A stretch of 64,000 nt of DNA from Antedon mediterranea (lineage: Eukaryota; Animalia; Echinodermata), in the NCBI RefSeq assembly GCF_964355755.1, contig NC_092674.1, forward strand, positions 18,786,001-18,850,000, given 5' to 3'. The notes below the pieces were generated by a model. The model ran no database searches. It had not been told where the DNA came from and saw nothing but the letters and a program-made list of their open reading frames with translations. A program made the position numbers and the translations under genes. Below, piece after piece: positions 1 through 12,078 of this stretch (position 1 is the stretch's first letter; every line of letters starts with the position of its first letter).

Positions 1-210
1 AAAACGAGAACGAGACATTTTCATAGAATGAAACAAGGGCCCATTCCTGGGTTTGCCGTTAGTTCTCCATAATAAGAAGGCTTCACGAGCAACAGAATGC
101 AGATCAGAAACATAATCATTCCAGCCTGGCACAACATTATGTGACTTAGACCTAGTGGGCTTCAAACATTCACTAGATGCACGTTTTAGGCAAGCAACAA
201 TATTGTCACA
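1..210 (-). mobile_element. Non-LTR retrotransposon (RTE-X-like) ORF2 fragment, running off the window start
   Basis: Minus-strand translation CDNIVACLKRASSECLKPTRSKSHNVVPGWNDYVSDLHSVAREAFLLWRTNGKPRNGPLFHSMKMSRSRF. The PGWN...AREAFLLWR.NGKPR.GP motif resembles the linker between the endonuclease and RT domains of invertebrate RTE-X-type LINEs. Confidence 0.65.
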
Positions 211-479
211 TTACGTGCCCAACTTTATTTAAATATATTGATATGATAACAAATAAAAATCATGGGCGACAACAAGATAGACAAAGGATGAGAAATTGGG
301 TATAGACCGGGCGCCCAGAAAGTGTATTCATTCGAAAAGCCACAAAAGGTTTGATGGGCTGATTAAGTAGATATATAGCTATAAGATTTAATAATCAATA
401 TTGCTGCCTGGTCATATACTGTAAATTTTCCATGGGAACAACAAATAAGGGGGGGGGGGGAAATGGATTTAATCATATG

Positions 480-1350
480 AAAAGCCACACGGATAAAAGT
501 TGTTGACATTGTCCGCATGTGTATACAAGTTAAAAGAGCAATGACAGCCACTTTCTCCTGTAAGTTGCCTAAGACAGTAGCCCTAAGTAACCACACGACT
601 AATTTCTTTTGCATTGTAACTGTTAGACATTGGGATGCATGCACAGAAATACCATTGACAGCAACTTTATCCTTTAAGTTTCCCCAGACAGTAGCCAACC
701 CAAAAATGCCCATTGGCAATCATGCAAAGAGCCACACGGCAAATTCCTTTTACATTGTAACTATTATCTTTTTGGATATACGACGAAAACCGTTGACATC
801 AACTCTATTATCCTGTAAGTTGCTCCATATAGTAGGCCAATAATTTCCTATTCCGACCCCTACGAGATTTAATAACTCGAAGAGCCACACGGCATATTGT
901 TTACTTTCCATTGCAGGGGATACACGAAAATACCATTGACGGCAGCTTGATTTTGTATGTTGCCCAAGACAGTAGCCTACAATTTCCCCAGCTACTACAA
1001 GATTTAACCACACGGTTTTTTTCATTTTTATTTTGCATTGTGATTTAAAATTACCCTTAGAATATACGAAAATATCATTGAGATATAAAAAATGAGCAAG
1101 CAGCAATTTTCCACCCAGGCAGTGACCCAAACATTTACCATAACACTAAGATTTAAGCGTGTGAATAGACAACTAATATTCCACTTTAACAATACGAAAA
1201 TACTCATGACAGCAACTTCAATCTCTAAGTTGGCTCAGACAGTAGCTCATAGACAAGATTCATCATGTGAAGAGCTAATTCTTTTTTATTGCAACTGTAG
1301 CCCACACATTCGGATAAACTCATGACAGCTACAACTTTATCCTGTTAGCT
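480..1350. repeat. Degenerate tandem repeat, about 6-7 units of 105-150 bp
   Basis: Recurring blocks CCACACGG(484, 591, 732, 884, 1008), then ATACCATTGACAGCAACTT, then AAGTTGCCCAAGACAGTAGC(573, 687, 968, 1238). Confidence 0.65.
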
Positions 1351-1927
1351 TCAGAATTGTCTTGATTAGAAAAAGCACACTCAATTTGGTGGACAATATC
1401 AATATTTACTGTATAGTATATGTTAAATTAGCAAGCACAAAATCACTTATACTTCGTCAAAGTGACGATTACATTCTAGTTTATTTTTGTTTTTAAAAGG
1501 TATCTGTATTTTGAAACCATTGATGTTTTTAAAATCTCGAATAGAAACACACTGGGCTTCTTTTCAAGATAATGGGCTCTTTTCGAGATAGACTATTTGA
1601 ATATCAAAAGAACAAAAGTTATTTATATCATACATTTATTTTACAGTTTAAAATGTTATTTTGATCACGATAAACAAAAAACACTCCATTTCATTTAGAC
1701 CATTTTCTTTCACTTTTGAAACTTCTAGTGAAGGTAATATTCTCTTAAAAAGAAAGTGAGACAATGTCTCCAAAACCCTGTCTTAATGGTATGGTACTTT
1801 GATAATCTAATTAGTTACACTTTATATTATATTAACCTTACAATATTCATGATTTTAACAAGTACCGGTAAGGATTGTCTAGCTAGAAACTGGTGTGTTT
1901 AAAAAAAATTGTCATTATTTCTCGATG

Positions 1928-3546
1928 CATAGGCCAATGGCATCAATGTTTTTCTCAAAGCAAAGTAGCCTAATAATGGCACATTTAGACACATGATCCA
2001 TTGATTTACTGATATTCTGTACTGAAGAAAAGAAGTAAACGGATACGAATTTAAACAACTCCCAAGAAGATTCACACAAAAGTAATTACTTCCCAATAAA
2101 ATAGTATGTAACAGTGTATTACAGTACATTGAATAAACTCGAGTGGAATAATAACTCACATAAAAAGACATTCATTTTCTTGTCGAAAAGTGCCCTCTCT
2201 AGTTTTCTATTAATTTATTAATAATTATTATTAATTATTGAGTAATATAAAAATATTTTTAACATTCAATGCTGGAAGCTGGTTCTACTACTCCTAACAA
2301 AGTTTCATACCTCCAAATTTCATGAACGTATTTAAAGCACTTCAATAAATATCACAATTAACATTACAAATTAGGGTTAGGCCTATGGATAGAATTTTGC
2401 TTAAAAACATATACACAAAACATCGAAAAAAATACTTTTCGTATTTAAAAACATTTGAAACTTTTTTTATATGTTCAATATAGGTTGCTCTATTTACAGA
2501 AACAAAATTGCATTCATAACCGTTTTTGTTGGTTGTTTTTTCAAAATCGTTATTAGGTTGAAAAAAATGAGTTGGAATTGTACGGTCTTTCATAAGTGTA
2601 CATTTTGTAAAAACGTAAATTTAAAAAATCAGTGACATGGCTTGATAGAAATTTTTTTTTTGCAATATGGATGGAGCAACCTATATTGAACATTTATACC
2701 AAGTATCAAATGTTTTTGAATATGAAAAGTATTTTTTATCGATATTTTTTGTATTATATGTTTTTAAGCAAAATTCTATCCAAAACCCGAATTTTCTATG
2801 TTAAATGTGATATTTAATATTGAAGTGCTTTGAATACGTTGATGAAATTTGAAGATATGAAACTTTGTTAGGAGTAGAACCAGCTTCCAGCATTGAATGT
2901 TAAAAATATGTTCATATTACTGATTAATTATTAATAATTATTAATAAATTAATAGAAAACTAGAGAGGGCACTTTTCGACAAGAAAATTAATGTTTTTTT
3001 ATGTGCGTTATTATTCCGCTCGAGTTTATTCAATGTACTGTAATATACACTGTTATACTATTTAATGAAAAGTAATTATTTTTGTGTGAATCTTCTTGGA
3101 GTTGTTTGAAAGCATATCCGCTTACTTCTTTTCTTCAGAAAACATCTAATTTAGGACTTAAAGTGACAACTTTACACCTCAAACCACCAACCTCCAACAC
3201 ACAAGATTCTGCCCACACACACTTCATCTCCTGAACTAACATAGTACAGTATAAGTCAAATTAATCGTTTTATTTTTTTTTATTGAAAACAATCTGCCTC
3301 AAAAAATATTATATAATAGTAACAATATCAGAAAGGTAGATAGGTATTGTAATAATTTTTAAATTTATAAATGTTTAAAATAATCTGAATATATGTTTAT
3401 ACATACATTATAAATGAAATACAGGTACTACTATTTTAGTAATGCTTACACAAGTACAGAATATCAGAAATCAATTAATCATGTGTCTAAATGTGGCATT
3501 ATAAGGCTAATTTGCTTTGAGAAAACATTGATGCCATTGGCCTATA
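1928..3546. mobile_element. Foldback / long inverted-repeat non-autonomous element
   Basis: 2022-2492 is the diverged reverse complement of 2672-3138 (e.g. CTTGTCGAAAAGTGCCCTCTCTAG / CTAGAGAGGGCACTTTTCGACAAG). 1928-2022 pairs with 3453-3546. The right arm carries an extra segment at 3139-3452. Confidence 0.8.
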
Positions 3547-4679
3547 CAAAAAATCAAGGCAATTAGACAAAATATTTACATAAACAATTAATACTAATAT
3601 TGGTAGGCATAAAATAATAGTGTATATAAACTTTCCTTAAATATAAACAGTATAGGGCCTTAACAATTTATTTACTACATAATATATGAACTATAATACA
3701 CAATAGAAATATAAATGAATTTATAAGGACATGATGATTATCAAAAATAGTCAATATAATTAAATTTTAAACTCATTACCAGCATTATAAATAATATTTT
3801 CAAAAGATGAGAATGCAAGTAAATATCAGATTCATAGTCCTCATTATACACAATGATTTTCTACTATCACATATCAAAATATAAAACAATCATGTAGCCT
3901 TTAATAAATTTACATGGAGGTCTATTCAAATAAATTTAAATAAAAGTGTCGTAATATGTCTTCGTCTCCAGTTCGTAGAAAATGAAGTGAGAATTCCATT
4001 CATTTCAACAATAAAAAATATTCAAAATATCCTGCCAGTTTGCGTTCAAGAGTACAACCTGCTTAGTTTTTAATACGAGTACTGCTTTCTATACACATAA
4101 TTTTGATTTCTGTGAAAAAAAAAAATCTCTGTAATATTGTACTTTAATTACTGTAATAATCTAGGTATAGATTATGTTGACTGGACCAGTGAGAGGGCGA
4201 TCGACTGTACTAGCATAAGTCCTCTAGTAGTGTATACAACTTATTTCTTGTCTACAAAGTGTATAGTAGTATGCTAATAATACTATTATTAGATTAGGTA
4301 GTTGGGAGTAGTTTGGAGAGATACATTTATTTATAAAAGAGTACTGTATATATGGAACTATCTGTGTTAGCCGCCTTTGTATTTTTAGATATAATACCAA
4401 TAGGTACTATGTATTGGGAAACAATTCAACAGTTATGAATAAAAAAAGTCCTATGTACTCTGTATGTTGGAGGAAATAAGCATAAGAGCAAAGAAAGCCT
4501 TGACCACAGGGTGTAAGTCACTATTTTGAATCAGTAGTATGACTTCTTAAGAAGTAATTTAAAAATTATCATTGTATGATCAAAAAGAAATATTATAATA
4601 TCTAACTTTCTCCATTATATAAATATATTATTTTATCCAAGGGGTTGCAAACACAAGTGTTCACATGTCTTGTTAAGTA

Positions 4680-4833
4680 TTGCACCTTTGTCCTGTCTTT
4701 ATGTTGTCTGTAAAGTCACTGCACTAACGGGTGACCGGTAAACGAGCTTCGCTCTTACGGTTATCCATCCATATAAGTTGTTCATCTCTTATGTTCAGAA
4801 ATTGAAATGGTAAATAAACTGAAACTGAAACTG
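4680..4833 (+). mobile_element. 3' end of an L2/CR1-group LINE (or LINE-tailed SINE)
   Basis: Stem-loop GGTGACCGGTAAACGAGC-TTC-GCTCTTACGGTTATCC, followed by AAATAAA and a short tandem tail (CTGAAA)n. Confidence 0.5.
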
Positions 4834-5269
4834 TGCTTATGTGGTACAGGTTGATGAGCCAGGAATGATGGTAGTGCCAGTATACCGTGTAGTTTAGCCT
4901 CAAGGCAATACCATGTACCGTAGCTGGAGTAGCTTGGACAAATACAGTAGAGATTTATGAGACTTGGTGTGTGATGATTCAGTATGATAAATTTGTGCTG
5001 TGAAAGACAAAATTGTAGAATTAGGAAGAAAATATTGTAAAATATAACAAGGAAATTATATTATAGTATAATTAAGGGGTAACCGTATAATACATAATTA
5101 ATAGTAATAAAGGCAATGGCAATTACTTATATTATGTATACATTACAATATTACAAATAAATTCATATATTATTTTATTATAAGGAAATCTGTTTTAGAA
5201 TGAGAAAAAGCCGTCCCAACACAGATTTGAACCCAGCTATCAATAAAGCTATAAAACAAAATAGACCAT

Positions 5270-5443
5270 ATTGTAGCCGGACTGGGTAGCGTAGACTTAC
5301 TTGAGGCCTAGGCATAGTAGGCCTACGATTAGCTAGAAGGATACAGGTCAACCCGTACCCATGCCATGCCAACACGCTCGTACCCAAATTTTGGTTTACA
5401 TATATCCAAAATGTTGGCTTACTCGTACCCATCATGGGCTGCC

Positions 5444-5476
<33 letters not shown>

Positions 5477-5751
5477 CCTAGCCTAAGGCAGCAGGCCCGG
5501 CCCTAGCCTACTACAACTTAAGTCTAGGCCTAGCCTAGTACTAGGCCTAGTAGGCCTCTAGGGCCAGGCCTAGCCTAGGCCCTAGTAGTAGTTAACATCA
5601 TACATACGCCCTAGAGCCTAGTAGTAGCTATCTACTACTCACTAGCTAGGCCTAGGTAGTAGCAGTAGTAGTTATTGTAGTAGTATTATTGTATTGTAGT
5701 ATTAGTTGTAGCTGTCCGGTGATCCTTGGTCACTTGTCTAGATCCCCTAGT
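5270..5751. repeat. (TAG)n / TAGGCC low-complexity tract, continuing at 7509-7540 beyond a transposon insertion
   Basis: (AGT)n run near 5445-5476 and many CTAG/TAGGCCTA motifs. Confidence 0.8.
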
Positions 5752-7508
5752 TAGGTATGTCAAGAAAAATTTCAAATTTATTTGATTTTAACCAAACTAT
5801 TTTTTTATAATTCTATTTAAAAAATGGAATTCAACAAAGTTTAAATGAACAAAATCAGTCAACTATTTTTTTTTATACGATTTCTTTTAATAATCAAATT
5901 CGGTGATAAATTGTATATACAAAGTATACAAAATTTTGTGACCTTTCTTTTACTTCTGAAAATATAAAGTCATAACTTTTTTGTTTGTAATTCTTTTTTA
6001 ATTCTTTTTTCACACCAGTTGAATATCAAACTGATAACATCAAACACAATACATTCATCTGTATATCAAGATGATTTAGAAAAAAAATGTATTTAAACTT
6101 TACCCCCTCCCCAATAATAGAAATATTGGAACCATAAACATAGCATATTTTAACACATAAAATCATTTGAAATTTGTTATTCACACAGGTTGAATGACAA
6201 GATCATGTATCTACACTGTACATTAAGATGAATTAAAAATAAATTATATTTAAACGTTACCCCCCTCCCGCAAAATAGATATTTGAACCATAAACATAGC
6301 ATATTTTAACACATAAAAATCATTTGAATTTTTTTTTCACACAGGTTAATTGGCAAGATCATGTAACTATACTGTACATCAAGATGAATTAGAAATAAAT
6401 GATTTAAAACTTTATCCCCCTCCCAGAAGATACAGGAAACAATTATATACAGTACTGCTAATATTGCGTTAATAAATCGCCTTTCACTTTTACTGGTAGC
6501 ATTCTCTTCTCTTTTTTATGTGTTCCTGACATTTCTATAAAAAAATAAAATATAATCATAACTATAACATTTTTCAAAAATACAAAATCAAGTTTAAACA
6601 ATAAATAAATATTGCATTTAAATAAAATTCTATATTACTTTCAATTAATAGAATGGTCTTACCAGACAAATCGTTGAAATAATAGTTGGATTTCTTGATT
6701 CTTGAAATTAAAGTCTGATATCTACTGTAAATAAAGCAAAATAAAAAGTTAAAATAAAACAAAAGATGATTATTCCTTATACTATTGAAATCATCCAATG
6801 GCAGACCACCATTATGGTCACGTGGCATATATCAGCCAATGACAGAATAGTACACCGCCATATGCAATTTCCAAAACCACACCAGTTATTTCAAATGGTG
6901 TTTTAATCTTAAATTATCTAATTAATTACATTGGAATCTAAACAAATATCGTATAAAATAATAATAATTAATATTTATATTTGACATTTTAGTCACAAAT
7001 CTGGCTATAGTACGTCGATTTCATAAAAAATATGGCATTTTTAATCTTCTTTAACATGCACTATTCATTGAATATAGTGTATTGAACAACATCCATTCTC
7101 AACCCCCAGCTCTGAAGTTGGGTTATTTGTTGTGGGCTAAACTGTGATTGATTAACGATCAATTTTCTTCAAACTTAGTAGGAATACTGTTTATATTATA
7201 AAGAAAAATACAGGATATTTTTGGAAAAAGACAATACTTACGAAATGTGTAAAATTAATGCGTTTTTCCAATGCTAAAATTAACTTGTGTACCACGTCGC
7301 GATCGCTTTTCTAAAAATGTTGTTTTTTTGACAAAAATAAACTTTGACCTGTTCACTATGTAAACAAGTTCAAAGGTTAGGGAAATTCAGCCAATAAGCA
7401 TTTTAAATTAATTTTTTAAATCAAGCACCATTATGAAGACGAAAAAAACAGGAACGAGTTTCACGACGAAACCCACAGTGTGTGACGTCACGTATCTTGA
7501 CATACCTA
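5752..7508. mobile_element. Non-autonomous TIR DNA transposon with 14-bp TIR and 7-bp TSD
   Basis: Termini TAGGTATGTCAAGA...TCTTGACATACCTA, flanked on both sides by CCCTAGT (5745-5751 and 7509-7515). Internal ~160-bp tandem repeats at ~6010-6430. No transposase ORF. Confidence 0.85.
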
Positions 7509-7547
7509 CCCTAGTAGGCCTAGGCTAGGCCTAGTACGTAGTTATTC

Positions 7548-7590
7548 CAAAGATTATATAGCGCCGCTACGCGGCGCTATACAATCTTTG
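7548..7590. mobile_element. 43-bp palindrome with a near-identical 7-bp flanking duplication (P-element-like footprint or mini-element)
   Basis: GTTATTC-CAAAGATTATATAGCGCCGC-TAC-GCGGCGCTATACAATCTTTG-GTTGTTC. Confidence 0.65.
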
Positions 7591-8589
7591 GTTGTTCTTC
7601 AACAGTCACACAATTCAGATTCTGCCGGCCGCTGATTGCTAGTGAACAGGGGGAGGGAGAGAAAGAGTTAGAAGAACTGAAATAAGCCGTGACGTATGAT
7701 AAACATCATACAAAATAATAATATAACTAACGAATCCGTATAATATAATAATGTTGTATGTTATAAAGTAAAGTAAATGCGTTTAATATAATACAATTAT
7801 ATTATAATATAATGTATTTTATTAATAATATAATATTAAATGTTCATAATATAATGCTAAAACCGAATAATATAATACAAAAAGTCAATAATTTGTTACA
7901 TTTTTCACATAATATATTAGAAATAGATATAATATAATGCTAAAACCAAGTAATATAATGCAAAACGTATAATTCATTACAATACAATATATAATATAAT
8001 AAAAAAATGATATAATAATATAATATTTTGAATACTTCAGACAGCGGAGGCTTGCCATAATGTTACTGTACTTGAAATAACGTATTATTTATTGCTTCTT
8101 ATATTTTTTTCCAAGTTGCACTAGCTAGACATAGTCTCAAGCACGCATTACATAGGCCTAATATAACAGTTAAAATTAAATGTAAACAAAATAATATATG
8201 GATGTTGATACTTGAAATAACGTATTTATATTGCTTCTTATATTCTTTCTATAGTTTGATTCTACAATAGCCTCAAGTTACAACTCTGCAATGAAATATT
8301 ACATACATTGTAAATGTATACATAAAATGACTTTACAAAAACACAATATAAATAAAATGTTCAAATATATATTTGCACATAAAAAGTGTAGGCCTACAAA
8401 AATCCAATGTATAATAATGAATCCCCGTACCTAAAGTGGAACATTCGAAACGTCACCAGTCTGTTCTGGGTCAACTGTTGGTCAAATACAATCCACGATT
8501 TAATGCAAAATGCACCCCTATTTTTTTTCGAATGAAATAACCCTTTAAAAAAAAACGGTAACTAAAATGCCCGTGATCCGTTTTTTATT

Positions 8590-9085
8590 AGATGGAATCA
8601 TTTGTTCGGCGATTTGAATATTGCTGTTCCTGAATTATTTCCAATAGTTATCGCCATGGAAGTTTGGGGCTCGGCATTAGCTAACCGCTATATCTTGTTT
8701 TTCTGTGATAATTCAGCAGTTGTTGCTGTTATCAATAAGAAACCCGCTAAAGATTTGCTGTTTTTACGACTTATACGCCGTTTGGTTCTGGTTTGCCTCC
8801 GTTACAATATACAGTACATTTCCGTGCCTCACACATTCATGGAGTCTAGAATATTTTGGCAGATTTTCTATCAAGAGGGGAGTTTTTACGTGCTCTAAAG
8901 TCTTTTCTTGACCTTAGCCCCACTCCGTTAATTGTTCCTTCTTGTCAGATTTACATTTGGAAATTATTTTTTTTATAGGTATTGTGTGCACAGGTTCTCT
9001 GGATGCTGCTCCTCTCAATAAAGAAGCTTATCACTGATAGAATCATCGTTGGCACCAACGACCGTTGCGGCGTACCAACGTAGTA
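8590..9085 (+). mobile_element. Ngaro/DIRS-type retroelement fragment: RNase H end plus start of the tyrosine recombinase ORF
   Basis: NIAVPELFPIVIAMEVWG...ILFFCDNSAVVAVINK..., then (frameshifted) FRASHIHGV*NILADFLSR, then SSLAPTTVAAYQRS. Confidence 0.8.
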
Positions 9086-9114
9086 CAGTATTAGGAAACT
9101 CGCGGCCTACAGCG

Positions 9115-9752
9115 ACAAGGTAAAGGAAACGTGTTTATGATGTTTTTAAAACGTTACAATTAAAGGTTATATAACACAAATGGTTACAATAATGTTATTT
9201 TAACGTTTTTAAAACCCCATAAAAAGCGAAATATGTTTTAAAAACTGATTTTTTAGGTTTTTAAAACTCTACAAATTAACGTTTTAAATATGAAAAATAG
9301 CGTTTTTAAAATCAAAACAATACGTCAAAAAAACTTTATTTTGACGTTAATTTAAATATCATTATTACCTTATCTTTATGTAATTTTAACGTTTTTAAAA
9401 CCCCTCAAAACACAAAATATGTTTTTAAAACTGACAATTTAGGTTATATTTACCTGTAAAAACCGTATTTAAAACATTTCAAACTGGACAAATTAACGTT
9501 TTTAATACAAAAAATTAGCATTTTTAAAACCATACAATCGTCAAAAAACGTTGCTTTAACGTTATTTAAATATCATTATTTCGTTATATATATACGTTTA
9601 AAATTTGTGTTTTAAACGTTCAAATAAAACGTTATTTCAACGTATTAAAAACGAAATATTATAACGTTTTTAAAACCAAAAAAATACGTTAAAAAAAGTA
9701 TTTTAACGTTGTTATATCTAGGAATATTACGTTATAAATACGTTCCTTCCTT
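9115..9752. mobile_element. AACGTT/TTTTAAAA-rich internally repetitive MITE-like element upstream of WLS (second copy ~18728-19390)
   Basis: Imperfect inverted ends (AAGGTAAAGGAAACGTGTTTATGATG / CGTTATAAATACGTTCCTTCCTT) and repeated internal AACGTTTTTAAAA units. Confidence 0.5.
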
Positions 9753-9878
9753 CTACAATCTGTAACTTTGTTGCCCATTAAAGTAATTAAATCTAACCGC
9801 TAAACAAAGCAGAAAACGACCACCTACGGATATCCATACATTTTCAGTAAATTTATTTGTTTTTTCTCATTTAGAATC

Positions 9879-11549
9879 ATGGCTGGTGTTATTTTAGAGA
9901 ATCTCAGTACCAAGAAGTTGTTCGGTTTTTGTGTAATTCTGCTAATAGTTCAGATAATTTGTTTCTTGGTCGGGGGACTTATCGCACCAAAACCTACAGA
10001 TGCCAATAGTCACCTGACCACCAAATGTGTAGACCCTGCCGACAACGTTCATAAATGGTTTATACCCAACGGACCTGGAGAGTGTTCCAAAGTAGCTAAC
10101 TTTGAAGAGGCAGCAAGGAAGTACATTGATGCGAATCAGATCGTTTTTTCGTTACGAATGCCACATAGATCGTATAATATGAGTCGTAGCTTCCAATTCA
10201 TACTGACCATGCTCAGATTGGAAACACAGTACAAGTTAACTGTTCCCGATGCACCAGAAGAAATTACAATGATTGTGCGTGTTGGTTACAGAGATAGTGA
10301 TTATGAAGATTGGAAAGAACTTACTAGAGTAACAGAAACAAGAAAACTTGAATGTCTGCTGCACTCGAATGAAGACGAAGGACCAGTTGACGGTGACCCG
10401 TATGATTGTGAGCCTCTACCGTTCTTTGAATTAAGCACCTGCCATCATAAGCAGTACCTAATCAATATTCGATTACCGGTAGAATTTAACAAAGAAACCA
10501 ATGAACAGAAGTACAACACTAAGTTAGGCAGCATCACTGATATTTGGATCATTGAGATTCATCAAACTGGTGGTTTTACTTTAGTATGGCTGACAATGAA
10601 GTCTGTCATGACACCTATTCCACTTGTTTTCCTCATCTGGTTCTGGCTAAGAATCTCCAAGTTAAATCGATCGCCAGTTCTTATGGAAAAATTTGTTATG
10701 GTTCTGGGAATTTCTATTACCTTCCTAAATTTACCAATTGAATGGTTCACGTTCTGGTTCAACATCCCATACATGTTGCTGATTAGTGACATACGTCAAG
10801 GAATCTTTTATGCCACGTTACTCTCGTCTTGGATCATATTTGTTGGTGAACATCTCATGGACACAGTTGAGCGAGCAAGATTGAGTGCGTACTGGAAGCA
10901 AGTCGGGACAATTGCTTTTTGTTGTTTTTGTATGTTTGTCTTTGACATGTGCGAAAGAGGAGTGCAGATTTCAAATCCATTCTTTACTTTATGGACAACA
11001 GAGACAGGCAAAAACCTGGCTATGCTATTTCTTGTTATGGCTGGGATCTGTTTCAGTGCTTACTTCCTGTTTCTATGTTTCATGGTGTGGCAAATATTCA
11101 GAAACATCAGTATTAAACGTCTGGCGCTTCCACACATGGTCAAAGCTAGACGCCTTCATTATGAAGGTTTGATTTTCAGATTCAAATTCTTCATGTTGTT
11201 CACTTTGTTATGTGCTGCCCTCACTGTAATCTTCTTCATTTTGAGTCAAGTTTATGAAGATCACTATAAAATGGGACATGAGAAGACACTTCAGATTAGC
11301 AGCGCCTTCTTCACAGGTGTTTATGGCATGTGGAACATCTATGTGGTCACTGTCATCTTTTTGTATGCCCCTTCACACAAGCAAGTCTCCTCTGACAATG
11401 ATGACAGCAGCGAAGGGAGTCATGTGGAGTTCCAGTTGGAATCTATATCCACGACGCCAGGGTCTGATGACCCACCGTCAGCATCGACAGCAGCAAGAAC
11501 CGACCAATCAGAGCTTAAGAACCTCCTTACAAAAACCGCTATTGACTAA
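9879..11549 (+). CDS. WLS: Protein Wntless (WLS/Evi/MIG-14), 556 aa, uninterrupted single-exon CDS
   Basis: MAGVILENLSTKKL start, IHQTGGFT.VW, DIRQGIFY..LLS.WIIF.GEHLMD, FDMCERGVQ..NPFF, RRLHYEGLIFRFKF (YEGL endocytosis motif), SAFFTGVYGMWNIYV, LYAPSHK. A splice-acceptor-like TTTTTCTCATTTAG lies 4 nt before the ATG. Confidence 0.97.
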   Translation: MAGVILENLSTKKLFGFCVILLIVQIICFLVGGLIAPKPTDANSHLTTKCVDPADNVHKWFIPNGPGECSKVANFEEAARKYIDANQIVFSLRMPHRSYNMSRSFQFILTMLRLETQYKLTVPDAPEEITMIVRVGYRDSDYEDWKELTRVTETRKLECLLHSNEDEGPVDGDPYDCEPLPFFELSTCHHKQYLINIRLPVEFNKETNEQKYNTKLGSITDIWIIEIHQTGGFTLVWLTMKSVMTPIPLVFLIWFWLRISKLNRSPVLMEKFVMVLGISITFLNLPIEWFTFWFNIPYMLLISDIRQGIFYATLLSSWIIFVGEHLMDTVERARLSAYWKQVGTIAFCCFCMFVFDMCERGVQISNPFFTLWTTETGKNLAMLFLVMAGICFSAYFLFLCFMVWQIFRNISIKRLALPHMVKARRLHYEGLIFRFKFFMLFTLLCAALTVIFFILSQVYEDHYKMGHEKTLQISSAFFTGVYGMWNIYVVTVIFLYAPSHKQVSSDNDDSSEGSHVEFQLESISTTPGSDDPPSASTAARTDQSELKNLLTKTAID

Positions 11550-11777
11550 AATTTGATAATAAATCAGGAAAGAGTGTTCATTGCATAACGGTACACTGTA
11601 TGTTCTTATACAAAAACCGTATAAAATGTATAATGTGTCTCATACAAGTGGTCCAACTTATTATGTACACATGTATGCAAATCACAGACTAAAACTAACT
11701 TGATAATTACATTTCTCCTTGAGTATTAAATATCATAATAAAAAGTGCCAAATATATTTATTTTTCTTTATTTATAA

Positions 11778-11885
11778 ACTTGTAAGTTTGTAAACTTGAT
11801 GTAAGTTTGTAAACTTCATGTAAGTTTGTAAAATTCATGTAAGTTTGTAAAATTCATGTAAGTTTGTAAACTTCATGTAAGTTTG
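11778..11885. repeat. 19-bp minisatellite GTAAGTTTGTAAACTTCAT downstream of WLS (copy at ~21412-21519)
   Basis: About 5-6 tandem units read directly. Confidence 0.9.
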
Positions 11886-12060
11886 ATTTAGTGAAAGCTG
11901 TTCTGAAAGCTAATTGTAGTTAGTAACTTTAAAGGCCCCACCAATATTTGTACATAACGTTTATTTAAGATAACATTGAGTGTACTTAACCTAACTTGAT
12001 ATTTATAGTACATGATATCGTGTACTTTAGCCCACTGTTACCAGAGTAGTATACATATAC

Positions 12061-12078
12061 CATGGACCTAGGTCCATG
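12061..12078. mobile_element. 18-bp perfect palindrome with 7-bp TSD (P-element-like footprint); duplicate at 21695-21712
   Basis: CATATAC-CATGGACCTAGGTCCATG-CATATAC. Confidence 0.7.

Noticed and set aside
10562-11556. Short alternative-frame and antisense ORFs inside WLS (also 20196-21181)
   Set aside because: Shadow ORFs of the real CDS with no independent motifs.
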